Positions 1 to 12,270 of a stretch of 64,000 bases of DNA are shown in pieces; position 1 is the first letter of the stretch, and each line of letters starts with the position of its first letter. The notes below the pieces were generated by a model, which saw only the letters and a list, made by a program, of their open reading frames with translations, ran no database searches and was not told the origin of the DNA. Source of the stretch: Lama guanicoe (lineage: Eukaryota). The translations under genes and the position numbers were made by a program. The stretch lies in the NCBI GenBank assembly GCA_013239625.1, contig MU053557.1, positions 1,681,063 to 1,745,062 of the forward strand, in the 5' to 3' direction.

Positions 1-439
1 CCTGAGGTGGTCATTTATTTCAAACTTCTTCCTGATCACACCTTCACCAGAGAAAGTGCCATACAACCACAATGATCTGCTTAACTAAAAGCAGTAATTC
101 GCAGTAGAATATTATTTTTCACTCTCAGATACTGTTCCAAATGTTTCTCCTTTGACTCTGAGATGTGGGTATTGTTGTTTCTGTTGAGCAAGTGAGGAAG
201 CTGTGGATTGCCTCAGGTTATACAGCAAATGGGTGATGACAAATTCAAGGCTGCTAACTATAATTCCTTTTCCCAAATATACTTCTACAAGAGAGAGAAC
301 AAAATCCATTTAACTTAATCAACACGTATGAAGTTTCTATACTTGTGTTGTTCATTGCCAATGGATGGTGATGGCTCAAAGGGAGAAAGACAGAAACTCT
401 GACCTCCTCAAGCTCCCAGTCTAGCCAGAAAAACATTTA

Positions 440-1010
440 AATAATTAAATATAAAATCATTAGGAAAGTAAAACACCTTGGGGAATAAGGGATGAAATTT
501 CCCAAGAGCAGCCTGGGACCTGGGCCTTGAAGGATGAAGAGGGGTTTACCAAAGAGAGAATGAAGCCAGAGGGTTGGTCTAGAGAAAAGTGACAAAAGAG
601 AAGTAGAAACAGAAAAGATGATGATGACTTAGGAAAGCAGCCATCAGACTCTGGTGACTGAGGCAGAGGATGCGTCTGTAAACCAAGCAAGAGCCAAATT
701 ATCAGTGTCGCTGAATGACAGGCTAAGAAACTGGGACTTTGTTCTGTTTGAAATGGAACTCACCGGAGCACTGAGAGCTTGTGAGTAACAAAATACAATC
801 AACACAGTAGAAAAGGCCTTCCAGGGGTAGAGAAGAGAATGAGTTGCAGCCAGGTGGCAGCTGGTAGCACAGCAGCAGCCTAATAGTTATAATCGTCCAA
901 GGAGAAACGCAGAGGTCTAGAACCAGGACAGTGCCAGTTAGAAGGCAGCTAACAGTCCACCTTGGATGGAGAAATAATGGGCAAAGGAGGAAGCAAGTGT
1001 CTAGATGCCA
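440..1010 (-). mobile_element. Highly diverged L2-like LINE fragments
   Basis: Purine-rich segments resembling antisense L2 (e.g. GGGCCTTGAAGGATGAAGAGG, CTAGAACCAGGACAGTGCCAG); boundaries approximate. Confidence 0.4.
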
Positions 1011-1074
1011 TTCCTTAATCCAAGCCCTCCCCAGGTACTGGCCTAGTCTTGAAAGATGTGTATTATTTTCTTTT

Positions 1075-1286
1075 GTATAACTTTTTTTATTGAAATAGTC
1101 TATTTACAATGTGGTGTTAATTTCTGGTGTACAGCATTAGTGATTCAGATATATATATAGATATCTATCTATCTATATATACACACACACATTTTTTCAT
1201 TCTTTTTCATTATAGGCTATTACAAGGTTTTGAATATAATTCCCTGTGCTGTAAAGTAGGACCTTGTTTATCTATTTTATGTAGTA
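1075..1286 (-). mobile_element. L1 3' end (cetartiodactyl/camelid type), 5'-truncated
   Basis: T-rich tail then TTTATTGAAATAGTCTATTTACAATGTGGTGTTAATTTCTGGTGTACAGCA...TCCCTGTGCTGTAAAGTAGGACCTTG; flanked by near-identical TATTATTTTCTTTT / TATTATTTTTCTTTT (probable TSD). Confidence 0.85.
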
Positions 1287-2167
1287 TTATTTTTCTTTTA
1301 ATTGGAAGCCAACTCTCTGAAAGAACACTGCAGCCCTGAGCTTTAATTCTCCTGTGCTTTAGCATCCATATAGACACATACATTCAGCCTCTGAGAAGCA
1401 ATTTGATCTACCTCATTATGTAGATGGTGGTCATTTGTTGCACGCCTCCATGGTATTAACAAATACTTCCCAGGCCAGGCGTCATCATGCAATGCACAAG
1501 CGGGCATCATCCAATTGTGAGTCTGCTGGGGAAGTCTGAGTTAGACAGCTCCTGATTCCCACCTTGAGTTGCGATGCTGGGGCGCTGGCCTCTGGCTGTT
1601 CCGACACTGACTGAAAGGCATCGCCCACTTCCTCGCTGACTTTCCCTCTCCTAAGAGACTGCTTTGACAAGTGAGGGTAATTGTTGTTTACTTCTAGCTA
1701 GGGTCAAAAAGCTGTGTTTTGCTGGGCACATGTGGTTCAGCCACTTGCCCCAAAGGGTGAAGGTTCACAACTCCAACCTCGATAATTGAAAAAAAGGGTC
1801 AGAAAACAATCTTGCAAGTCTAAGCCCACACTGGGAATGTGACTCACCTCAAAGCTGTTTTCACTGAGCTTATACCAGGAAGAAAGGAAAAGGGAATCAG
1901 GAAGGAGCATTGTTCACAATGATTTGTGCTCATAAATGACGCACTGTTCGAGCCATCTTCCCAAGCTCCTCAAATCCTCTATTCTGGGCATGGAAACACA
2001 AATACCTTATTCTGATGCAGAAAATGGGTCAATGGAGTCTGGCTCAACAAAAATCTTATCTGGATGTAGACTAAGCCTAAATATCTCATGTAAGTTGCTA
2101 ACCAACATGTCTTGTCTAAGTTCTACTGTGAAATTTTTTGTAACACACAAAAAATTTTACCTAATCC

Positions 2168-2376
2168 AGAAGGATCTGGGTTCAAATCCTAGCTCTGCCA
2201 CTTGCTAGCCATATGACTTTGAGAAAGTTATTTAGTGTCTCTGAGTTCATTTGTTGCTAAGTAAAACGGAGGTAACAATAGAAACTATCACACAAGAATG
2301 CTGTAAAAATCAGACAACGTACACGTAAGACAGTTAGTACAGTGTCTGGAATACAGCAAGCGTTCAAGAAATGTTT
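2168..2376 (+). mobile_element. MIR SINE
   Basis: GATCTGGGTTCAAATCCTAGCTCTGCCACTTGCTAGCCATATGACTTTGAGAAAGTTA core and ACAGTGTCTGGAATACAGCAAGCGTTCAAGAAATGTT tail. Confidence 0.85.
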
Positions 2377-2427
2377 GTTGGTAGATTTCCGTTGTCACCA
2401 TTACCCTCTTTCTTGCCTTATGTTTCT

Positions 2428-2655
2428 AGTGTGGTGGTTCAAAGCGTCAGTGGTGGGAGCGACATTCTAATCCCACCTAGACCATTCATCAGAGTGTGAT
2501 CAGCCTTTCCTTCTCAGCAACAAGATATGGATGTTAATAACAACACTTACTCATAAGGTTTGGGGAAGAACTGAACAATATAATAGATGTAAGGCTATTA
2601 GAATATGTCTTGACACATGGTACATGTTCAATATATGTCAATGTTATTATCTTAA
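2428..2655 (+). mobile_element. MIR SINE (diverged)
   Basis: AGTGTGGTGGTTCAAAGC head and TGTCTTGACACATGGTACATGTTCAATATATG tail. Confidence 0.65.
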
Positions 2656-3064
2656 TCATTATGATCCCTGTTTTCATCCACACCCCAATTTACTTGTCAG
2701 CACACCAATGATATGCACCATAATGTAAGGTTATGAATGGGATAAGATAGACGGCATCGCTCTTATTTCTCCACATATGATTCCTTGGGACCTCTGTCCC
2801 TAAGGGTTTGGATGGAGTTAGAGCCAAGATGGAGTACTAGTCCTCAATTCTGATGCCATCACAGGAAAAGGAACAGACAGGGAGCCCTTATACATTTGAG
2901 CCCAATATCTTGAGCTCAGTTGGAGAACCCTATGTAAGAACTGGGAAAACAAGGAAGAAAACATCAAAGTTACTATTGATGCTTTGTCTAGTATTATGAA
3001 TAGTGAAAACCAAGGAAAGAATGTCAAGTAGAGTAACCCTCTCTGGGCAGACTAGAAATAAAGC

Positions 3065-3270
3065 CTTTACTGGGTATTCCACACTTTGCTTAATATTTCA
3101 CATGCACCCTCTCATTTATTCCTCACCACAGCCCTAAGAGGAGCGTACAGTTATTAGCCCTGTGTGTGACAGGGGTTTGAAGGAATGAAATGACTTATCC
3201 TAGGTCACCAAGTTCTAAGAGGCAGAGCTGGCATATGTATTTTCCTCTTGAAAACTATATTCTCTTTCTA
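3065..3270 (-). mobile_element. MIR SINE
   Basis: CTCATTTATTCCTCACCACAGCCCTAAGAGG...TGACTTATCCTAGGTCAC antisense MIR pattern. Confidence 0.7.
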
Positions 3271-4109
3271 GTATACATTTGCTCAAGCTACATATAATCA
3301 AAAACACAACCAGATGAAAGGAGTGGCAGATTCAATCAATCATGCCTCCTGGATTTTTGCATTTAAGATTCCAAATATTTGTATATTGGAAAATACCTAA
3401 GCTGTCTTTTGCTACTCAAAGCAAGCAGCAGCCAGATGACCAACTGATTGAATGTTTCTCTTCCCATTTGCAGGCTTTAGATTCACAAAAAAAGCTACTC
3501 AGATTGCCTTGTCAAGGCTGTCAACCAATGAGCTCATCAGTCATAGATGTATCCATGCATCAGCTGATAGATCCCCTGATGGAGGGGATTCTAAATTGGG
3601 TGGGAATATGGACTCTAATTTTTTATTTCTATTTTATTCTAATTTTTTAAATATTTAAGAGTAGTTATTATAGTAAAAGGAAATGGTAAAGTCAATAGTC
3701 ATAAACAAAAGTATATAGTTATAAAAGAAAACAAAGGAACCCAATTTAGGCTCTTTGATTCATCCACTGTTATCGTTGGATGATAAGAGTTTTTTCACTA
3801 AACAAGCTTATATTCAAGATAGAAAGAGGCAAGCATTTCTCAAACTGTGTTCTATAATGTATAAGTATTTGGTTCTTCAAATGTGTTCAAGTGTTAATGT
3901 GTTTCTCAAGAAACACAAAAAATGGATGTTTTATGAGTATGAACAGGAGAGGAAAAGCTAAGCAAATCCATTTTTAAGAATCTCTTAACCATATGACTTT
4001 GCTGAGACTTTCACCTGTTAATTGGTATCGCAAATCTCTAAGAAGCAACTCAAGCATGCAGTATGTACCCAAATTATTTGATTGCAGAGCCTTTCAGTAG
4101 AGCTCAGTT

Positions 4110-4312
4110 TGGGTGCACTGGGAAGTGCACCATGGAGTTAGGCCCTCTGAACCTAGCTGCCTCCTCACCAGCAAACTACTAAACCTGAGTCCTGATGTTC
4201 TCATTTGCAGAATGGGACAGATAATTAATCCAACCAACCTATTTCAATTAAACAAGAAAATAAATGCAATATAGCTGGCCCATCATGGAAGCTGCCGGTA
4301 AATGTTCATTTC
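4110..4312 (+). mobile_element. MIR SINE (diverged)
   Basis: CCTGAGTCCTGATGTTCTCATTTGCAGAATGGGACAGATAAT core-like segment. Confidence 0.55.
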
Positions 4313-7188
4313 TTTTTTGTGTGTGTGTGAAAGAGTTGAGAAGACCAAACTGACTGTACTGCGCAAGTGGGTGAACATCCCACGCCCTATAATTTTAACT
4401 ACAGAAAAAGTCTCTGCCGTGTGATAAAATATCTCCAGCCTGTAACTGGAGCCAGCTCATTCTGTGAGGTGACTTTAAAAGACTTTCTTCCAGTAAGAAA
4501 TGTCATTCCATCAGTATTTTGCTATTTCCCTGATCCAAGACTAATATTTGATATTTTTCTAAGATATTATTTGTCTGACAAGAGTTTTCAGACCTCCTTT
4601 GACATAAAGACCTTTTCTCTGGGCAGCACTTAGCAAGTTCATCTCAGCCACTGCACAGAATTATAGACCATGCACAGCTTCAGGACTCCCAGAAGAGGCT
4701 TTATTTCTAATACAGACATATGTGCCATTCCCCTCTGTGTATCTCCTTTAAATGCAATTGACCGATCATACTTGAACTTGTTAAAATTCACTTTGCTCTT
4801 CATTTAAATGGCTCTCTCTGCACACCAATTTCACCTGTTTTACTCTCACCGTATACTTTCAAAGAAGTTTTGGTGATCATGTCCTTAGACACCCCCTACC
4901 CATACATAGTAGATATTTTTAATCATTATTTTTCCACAGCCCAGAGTTTAAGTGACCTGCCCAGGGTCACACTGCTAGTTAAGAACACAGTGAGACTCCA
5001 GTCCATGTCTTCCAAGCCTAATGCAGTCTCCAGTCATCAGCAGGACTCAATTCAACTCGATAAATATTGATTTAGTATTTAATATATATTAGGCACAGAA
5101 CAGATTTTATTGCTCTCTCCAATATAAGGAGTTTTTTTTTTTAATTATTCCTATTTGTCAAAGGGTAAGTTTCCTGAACTCATTTGCAAAGAGCTGTTCT
5201 CGCAATTGTTTAATTTCAAGGAAAAGTCCTCCAGGGCATGAGAAGAAGTGGGGTGGAAGGAACAATGAGGCATGTGCCTAATTTCAGAGCCACCAATGTT
5301 CTACAGATCTCATTTTGGCTCTGACTTTCATAGAAAAGATTTACTCTAAAGATGAACCAACTGGCCTCGTCCATTCATCATATGCAATTGTTTCAGTCAC
5401 TTCTTCCAGAACAAGAGTTTATTTCATTGCTTTAGTCCTGACATGTGACATAGCAGAATCTAAGAATGGGCAGAGTTATGTTCACTTCCATATGCCTTCA
5501 TGGTATTTAAAGGTTTGATATTTAAAGGGCTTGACATTTCCATTACAACCAATTCCTCTGAAACCAATTTTAGGAGCTAAGACAGCAGCCCAGTCCCTTG
5601 CCTTACATCTAATCAAGGTTAGTTAGATGTGCAGTGAAAAAAAAAAACAAACCACCACAAAGTTTGTGTTGGCCTTGTTTCTACAGTGTATGTCTCATTG
5701 ACCAAAACAAAACTCTTTAAAAATGAGGACATAAAAAAAGACCTGTGGTTCTCTCTACTGCTCTGTTAAGGGAGGCTGAGGGATGGCGCCACAAAAAGAA
5801 ATGGGTTTGAAAATTGCTGATGCATCCTTTATCACGGCAATTTCCACAAGGTTATAAAAGACATGCTTGGATAACATCTTGAAAGTGCCAAAGCAATGAT
5901 CTAAGAAATGAATGCAGATAAGCCTTCTCCATTTTAAATTATGAGCAGGGGAACTGGAATAGAAATGATCACTGCTAGAGAATCTAAAATTAAGCATGTG
6001 ATTTTGCTCATTGGTATACAACAGGACGGTAAATCATTTTATGGACCCAATGAGTTTGAGATGCAGCTGCCAAGAATTCTCAACCTCAGTGATAGTGGCT
6101 GGCACTGGTGAGTGAGGGTGTTTATTTCTTTATGATTTTGCAAAATGTTCTAAGGGGCCCACTGTTGTCTGTGAAGGCACTCTTGTTAATTTCACGTGTG
6201 CGGGGCAGGGAAAGCTGGGGTTTGTGTTCTGAGTCATTAAAAGTTTAGGAAAGAGAGGAAAAAAATACAGTGCCCTGTGTCTTGGAGTCCATGGGGAACA
6301 AGCTCTTTCTGGGGAGTTCAAGGCATTTTAACTAGGACCTTGCCCCTTACAGGCTGTAACAAAATACCTACTTTAATTCCCACAGGAAAATAAGGTCATC
6401 TATTTTTTTCAAGGCCTAAAAGATAACAAAGTGACTCGAAGGATGAATAAGAGAAAATTTAAGACAGTATCTCTTTTCTAGTTCCTTCTGGTTCCTACTT
6501 CATGAACACTTGAGTTCCTGGAGGACTCCTGAGAATAGTTACAGGAAGCCTCAGCAAAAAGGGAGAAAGTGGAAGTTCTAAGAACCTTGCTGTGCAGGAG
6601 ACAATTTAAAAATTTTTAAGTTTTACTTTAAATTTTTTTTAATTGTGAAATAAGACAAGTACTACATACTGTAGAAAACTGATTTTAAAAAGAGAAGTTA
6701 AAAAAAGAAAATGAAAAAACAACAGCAATCCCATCTTTTTAGAGATAACTACTGGTCCAGTTTTAAGAAAATAAAAAAATTTTCTGTGCATAGTTTTTAC
6801 TTAAAAAAAAATGGAATGAGACCATCCATACGGTTTTGTGATGCTGCACTCAATAATATGTTTTGATCCTAGAGGAACAGAGAGGCAAAAAGTTCGGAAG
6901 GGAGCTTAGGGCAGGAGTAAGGAAGAGAGAAAACCAGGGTGTGTGGACTCCATAGATTAATGGGTTATTAAATGGAAAAATAAAGAATGATTTAAAACCA
7001 GCTCTTGGACTTATAACCATCCAATTGCAACTATGACAGTTTCTTCAAGTTTTGGAGGCATGATTAGAGGAGAGGAGAGTTACAGATACAATAAATAAAC
7101 TGCATTTATCCTAAAAACTCGATCTGGTTGATCTTTTCTCTAATTAAATGCAAAGCTGTGAGAAACGCACCACTGAATAGTTTAAAGG

Positions 7189-7396
7189 TGCACTGCCCAA
7201 TACAGGAGTTGCTGACAACACGTAGCTGTTTAATTTTAAACTTACTGAAATTAAATTAAATTTCATTTCTAAGTCATACAGCTTAATCACTCAACTGCTC
7301 AGTTGCCACACGTGGCAAGTGACTATGTTGGGCACGGGGCAGGACAGATTACAGAACATGTCCGTTATCATAGATGGTCTTATTGTGTAGCACTAG
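7189..7396 (-). mobile_element. MER3-like hAT-Charlie non-autonomous DNA transposon
   Basis: GCACTGCCCAATAC...AT-rich centre TTAAATTAAA...GTTGCCACACGTGGCAAGTGACTATGTTGG...ACAGAACATGTCCGTTATCATAGA...TATTGTGTAGCACT; matches the recalled MER3 layout. Confidence 0.75.
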
Positions 7397-8339
7397 CGTA
7401 AAGCATTCAGCTATTAAATGCCTGGAGTACCAGAGAGGCTGTCTAGTGGTGCATGTTATCCTGTCTGCCAGCATTCATGAGAATTTTTTAATTCCAGAAA
7501 TAATTGGTGTTGGATTATTCCTACTTTCATTTATCCTTGCTTATAATTCATGGAGTGACCTGGAGAAATATGAAACCCTCCTTGCCTGGATGGATGGACT
7601 GTCCTGTGCTCAGTGGCATCCAAAGACAGAGGAGCCCTTCAAGCAACCAATCTTTCCCGTGCAAAGTTTATTGATAGGAGGACACAGTTATGAGCTTCAA
7701 TGAATGAAGCAAATCTTTGAAGCCCTTGTTAAAGAAAAGATTTATAAAGGCCATTTCCTGCTCAAAAGCACATACTCCATCAGCAGAAAGCCTGACTGCG
7801 TAACTCAGTATCCGTGACAGCATTACCACAAATCATCTTGACCAATCACGTAAGAGGACTCCAGGGAGCCAAACAGCAACTTTACCTGCAGGAACCGGAA
7901 GAGCTGAACTCTGAGCTCCCCACAGGGGCAGAAGCAATGGAAGAAGAAAACTGGAGACAGCCAGAGTAAGCAGTCGTCCCCAGAGATAAAAGGACAACCA
8001 CGCCAAACTACCTCCTTCCAAAAAGAGAGGGGGCTTTCTGCAATCCTTTCTCCACTGGAGCAGGGCTGCCTGACTCTAATGCGGTTCTTCAAACCCCTTG
8101 ATATTTGCTTCTCTCCCACCTAAAAGAGAAGCTATTTTTCAACCAGAGAATAGCACTTTGCCTTCAGCATAAAGACAGCAGTGTTTTTGAATGGGTGAGG
8201 TCTTAGCAGTAAACAGAGCCAGGCTGAGCTGGTTATAGATCACTCATGACCAGTCCCTAATAATCAGTTTCACGTTGAGGATGCTCGCACAACCAAAGAC
8301 GACCAGCGCATTATTATCTGAACCAACCATGACGAGTTT

Positions 8340-8503
8340 TCCCCAGGTATATGCCACAAAACACTCATGTCAGAAACATCCATGAGTCTGTTTAAAAACC
8401 AGCCAGACTTATTACATCAGCATCTGAAACTGGAGTCAAGAATCTGTACTTTATAAGCACCCCAGTTGATCGATTACGCACACTGAAATTTGAGAACCAC
8501 TGG
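8340..8503. mobile_element. MER5A-like hAT-Charlie MITE
   Basis: AAGAATCTGTACTTTATAAGCACCCCAGTTGAT...CACACTGAAATTTGAGAACCACTG terminus. Confidence 0.7.
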
Positions 8504-8779
8504 ACCAATTTAGTATGCTTCCTCCTACTCCACCCTACCTGTCTTTCTTGCTCCTCTACCTCTTTTTCCTCCTCCCCTTTCTTGGATTAAAAAGAACATA
8601 CTCTAATGTACAGGAAAAGCGTTATGTCTGATGCAGATACTCACAGTGTAACAAAGCATGAATAAATATTTGTTGAATCATAATTATGTGCACAAAAATG
8701 TTTATAATACTGGATCTCTACCAAGTAATAAATACCTCATAATCGTAATATGGTTAATTTTAATAAACACACTCTGTGG

Positions 8780-9050
8780 TTTTGTGTGCATTTATTATTA
8801 TGTTTGTAGAAAATTTTTAATAACATGGGAGAATGTATACTGTTAAGTGAAAGAACATTTTACCATATTATCTATAAGGTTTGTTCACAACTATGAAAAA
8901 TGTTAGTATTACACGAAAAAAAAGTACAAAGAAATAAACCCAAATGTTAAAAAGCAGTTGCCGTGGGGTAATGAAATTATGCTTCATTTTTTCCTTCTTT
9001 CTACTTTTCTCTATTTCTAATTATTCAACAAGCATGTAAAAAATTTTTTT
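8780..9050 (+). mobile_element. Old L1M (L1ME-like) 3' end
   Basis: ATAACATGGGAGAATGTATACTGTTAAGTGAAAG...CCCAAATGTTAAAAGCAGTTG...ATTTTTCCTTCTTTCTACTTTTCT. Confidence 0.55.
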
Positions 9051-9249
9051 TCTTCCAGTAAAAACTCTTATTGTAGAAATGGTAAATATACACTGCAAGT
9101 TCTCTTGCTTTCTTGCTTTCTTTCTCCTTTGCACATGGTATGTCTCTGTGGAGGAACCTTTCTGTGATCCCTGTGTCGGTGGTACAAAATTCTTTTCAGA
9201 TTAGGTACTAAGGTCTCAAACCTCAGTCCTACTCACCTGCTTTTAGTCG

Positions 9250-9850
9250 CCTGAACTCACTTCATCTTTCCTGCCACGTGGACCCTGCACAAGCGGTTAA
9301 CTTTCTCTTCCTGCTCTCACTCAGTCCCCCGCTATTCACGTTTCACATCTCAGCTCCTGTGTCACTTCCTTGGAGAGCGTGTTCCTCGATCTTCCTCTCC
9401 AAGTCAAATAGTCCTCCTCCACGTTCGCCTCACATCACAGCTGCCACTCTCGTAGCATGTATCCCATTTGAAATTTCATGTTTGCCCACAGGATCACTTG
9501 AAAACTAACTTCCCTTAGGCTGTACTCTCCATGAGGACAAGCCCATTTTTTCCTCACCACTGTTATCTGCAGTGACGACCACAGTGCAGTCACTTAACTC
9601 CAGCTGACCCTTGAATAATACAGCAGGGTGAGAGGTGCCAAACCCCGAGCAGGTGAAAAACCCCAGTATAACTTAGGAGTCAGCCCCCCATATCCACTGT
9701 CCCTCACCCACGGATCTGGCCAACCATGGACTGTGTAGTACTGTAGTACGTATTTCGAGAAAAAAAAATCCACATGTAGGTGGACCCTCAGTTCAAACTT
9801 ACGTTGTTTAAGGGTCAACTATATTCCATACATGTCTGTTGAATGCATGG
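9250..9850 (+). mobile_element. L2 3' region, interrupted by a Tigger MITE
   Basis: Pyrimidine-rich L2 body, TAGGCTGTACTCTCCATGAGGACAAG motif, and tail ATACATGTCTGTTGAATGCATG resuming after the MITE. Confidence 0.65.
9601..9821 (-). mobile_element. Tigger2a-like Tc1/mariner MITE
   Basis: Terminal inverted repeats CAGCTGACCCTTGAATAA (9601) and TTGTTTAAGGGTCAACTA (to 9821), followed by TA at 9822-9823. Confidence 0.85.
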
Positions 9851-11784
9851 AGAAAATGAGGGCATTTATTTTAATAATGTTTCTTTTTTCCTAAGTTTTA
9901 TTGTTTTCTGTCTGAGCCTAAGAGAAATTAATCAATTTAGATACTTTTCATGGAATTTCCATTGTGGCTTTTTATCCCTTTGGTATAATTTCTGACAAGC
10001 AGATCTTTCTATGATTCCTGAGTGTTTAGGGAGGTTTGTTTATCTCCTTGTCAATGATTGTCACTGCCATATTCAAATTTCAGTGATTCACTATGATAAC
10101 CAGAGGGAACTGAAACTTTTATCTCCTTCTCAACCTTTCTCTCCAAAAGAACGCTAGCCAGTAAAATTCCAATTTAGAGTGCCAGTAGTTTCATGTAGCA
10201 TCCACGGGAACATGGAGAGATTGATGAGTTCTTGAGAACAGTTACCAAGTTGAAATTGGTGTTCTTTTTCCCTTCCAACAACCTCTCTCTACGAAACCTT
10301 GACTGTCAGTAATTGTCACATTTGGAGGCCGTCTAGGAAGAAATGGGGCACTAAGGTTTCACTCTTCTCCCAGAAAGTCAAACAGTTCATGAAGTTGGTC
10401 ATTGGGTTCTTTTATGAGATCAGAATTTCCTTTCAGGCAATCTTTCTTTCTTAGACTAGGAAGGGCAGTGAAATTTCAATTTGAAGTTTGAGTGGTGACA
10501 GGATGGTGACACCAAGCTGTACTCCCCAAATCAGGAAATAAGAAAGACTGGGTTTTCTACTACAAATTAAAATGTACAAAAAAGAATAGAATGAGTTAAA
10601 GCAGAATTTTACAGAAGAGGAAGGTGAGGATCAGAGTGTAAGAACGGTCTCTAAAATCGTGCTAGAACGTTGCAGAGTGAGATTCTGATTCCAGGCAGCC
10701 TGTGTGCCAGTCACGCCCATTGCCACTACAGTATGGACCCAATGAAGTCGATGGAGCTACCTCACTACCTGCCTGTGGTAGAGATGGACGCATCATACTC
10801 TCCTACCTTAGCAGCAAGATCATCCAAATTAATTTCTTGCTCTAACCCTACGCTCACCAGCTCACCAAGCAAACTGCAGATAATAATTTGGTTTCTTGGT
10901 ATACATTTATGTAGTGAGGTACAAATGCACTGATTAAAAAATACACATAACTAGCCCCCTTCTAAAGTACATTTCTCAACATAAATTAATAAATTGGATT
11001 CTGTTATCTTATATATCAGCTGCTCATGAATTTAGTTCAGTGGAGTCCCTTCTAGAGACTGGAGTCTCATCAAGACCTGGCTGAGGACCATTGCTGATAA
11101 TTACCACCCATTGGAGATGCCTCTTAGGGACCAGGTGGCTTCTTGAAGATGAAATATGTCCCTTTGTGCTGTTTTTCATTTTTTTAACCTCTTCTGCTCC
11201 CCGTAAGATTAAATAGAGTTCATCTCAAGTTCACTGGTGTATACTGAAAACTTAGTGAGATCTTCTTAGGGAAAATAACACAATTCATATTACTTAGTAT
11301 TTTTGTCAAATCATCTTCATCTCTAGGAGCAAAGAGGTCAAGACATGTCCAATTTAGAGGAATCATTAGTGACCGACGAGTTCACAGAGAGGTGATTTGA
11401 GACACAGAAAGATCAATACATTTAATGAGGGGGGAAAAGTGCCCTCAACAAACTTTAGTTGCATGAAATTCCAGTCTGGGTGTTCGTGTCGAGCTGGATT
11501 TTTTTCCTTCAAACCCACATGCTGAAAACTATTTGCAAGTACAAGTTCAATCTGAGGCCAATGAATTCATACGGAGCTCAAAGAGAGTGGAGAGAATCAC
11601 AAAATCCTTTGTGAATCAGGTCAATAAATTTAGCACTGGATCGTTTAGTTCAAAATGACAGTCCCCTTTTAGGTGAGTATTTTTTTCCTTCAGAACACTT
11701 TCCTATTCCCTAGACGTCAGAGAACATCCAGTTTGGAGACAGAGGTCAGTGCATGAAATGGCAGATTTACCTGAAGAGCTTTCT

Positions 11785-12270
11785 TAGGTCATAAAATGAG
11801 AGAACGGGAAGGAATCTTTGGGATCATCCAGTCTATCCTCAAACTCGGGTATGGAACCTCTGAGATGTGAGGCCACGGGAAGGGAAGCCATCCATGGGGG
11901 GGTTTCCGTTTTACTCAATGGTATTTAATTTTAAACATTACTTTTCCACTGAAAGAAGGATGCAAATGTGATGGAATAAAAGGCAATTTAAAAAAAAACA
12001 CCTTACTTTTCAAGGCAAGACATAATACTTCAAAGAAATGTTATTCATTAGAGGACAGCTTTCAGCTGTGGTCAAAGCTCTCTGAGGACCTGAACACACA
12101 CCTCTGCTCTATGTTGGTGACAGAGTCTAACAGACGCTGATCTAACCCCACTCTACAGATGCGAAAATAAACACAGAGATGGAAGAGGCCTTGGCCAAGG
12201 CCACACAGCCAGCATTAGCAATGGATTCAAGACTAGAACCTGCCTGTCCAATGTGCTCTTTTGCGCTCCA
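11785..12270 (-). mobile_element. MIR3/MIR-like SINE split by a ~310 bp hAT-like insert (about 11829-12139)
   Basis: GGAAGGAATCTTTGGGATCATC before the insert and TCTAACCCCACTCTACAGATG...GGCCAAGGCCACACAGC after it; insert begins CAG and ends CGCTG. Confidence 0.45.

Noticed and set aside
10340..10460. Possible minus-strand terminal exon (CCCTTCCTAG|TCTAAGAAAGAAAG...)
   Set aside because: It gives only short unrecognised peptides and has no linked upstream exon.
11500..11680. Open frame HAENYLQVQVQSEANEF... and donor TAG|GTGAGT near 11673
   Set aside because: The frame stops before the donor, there is no clear acceptor and I recognise no homology.
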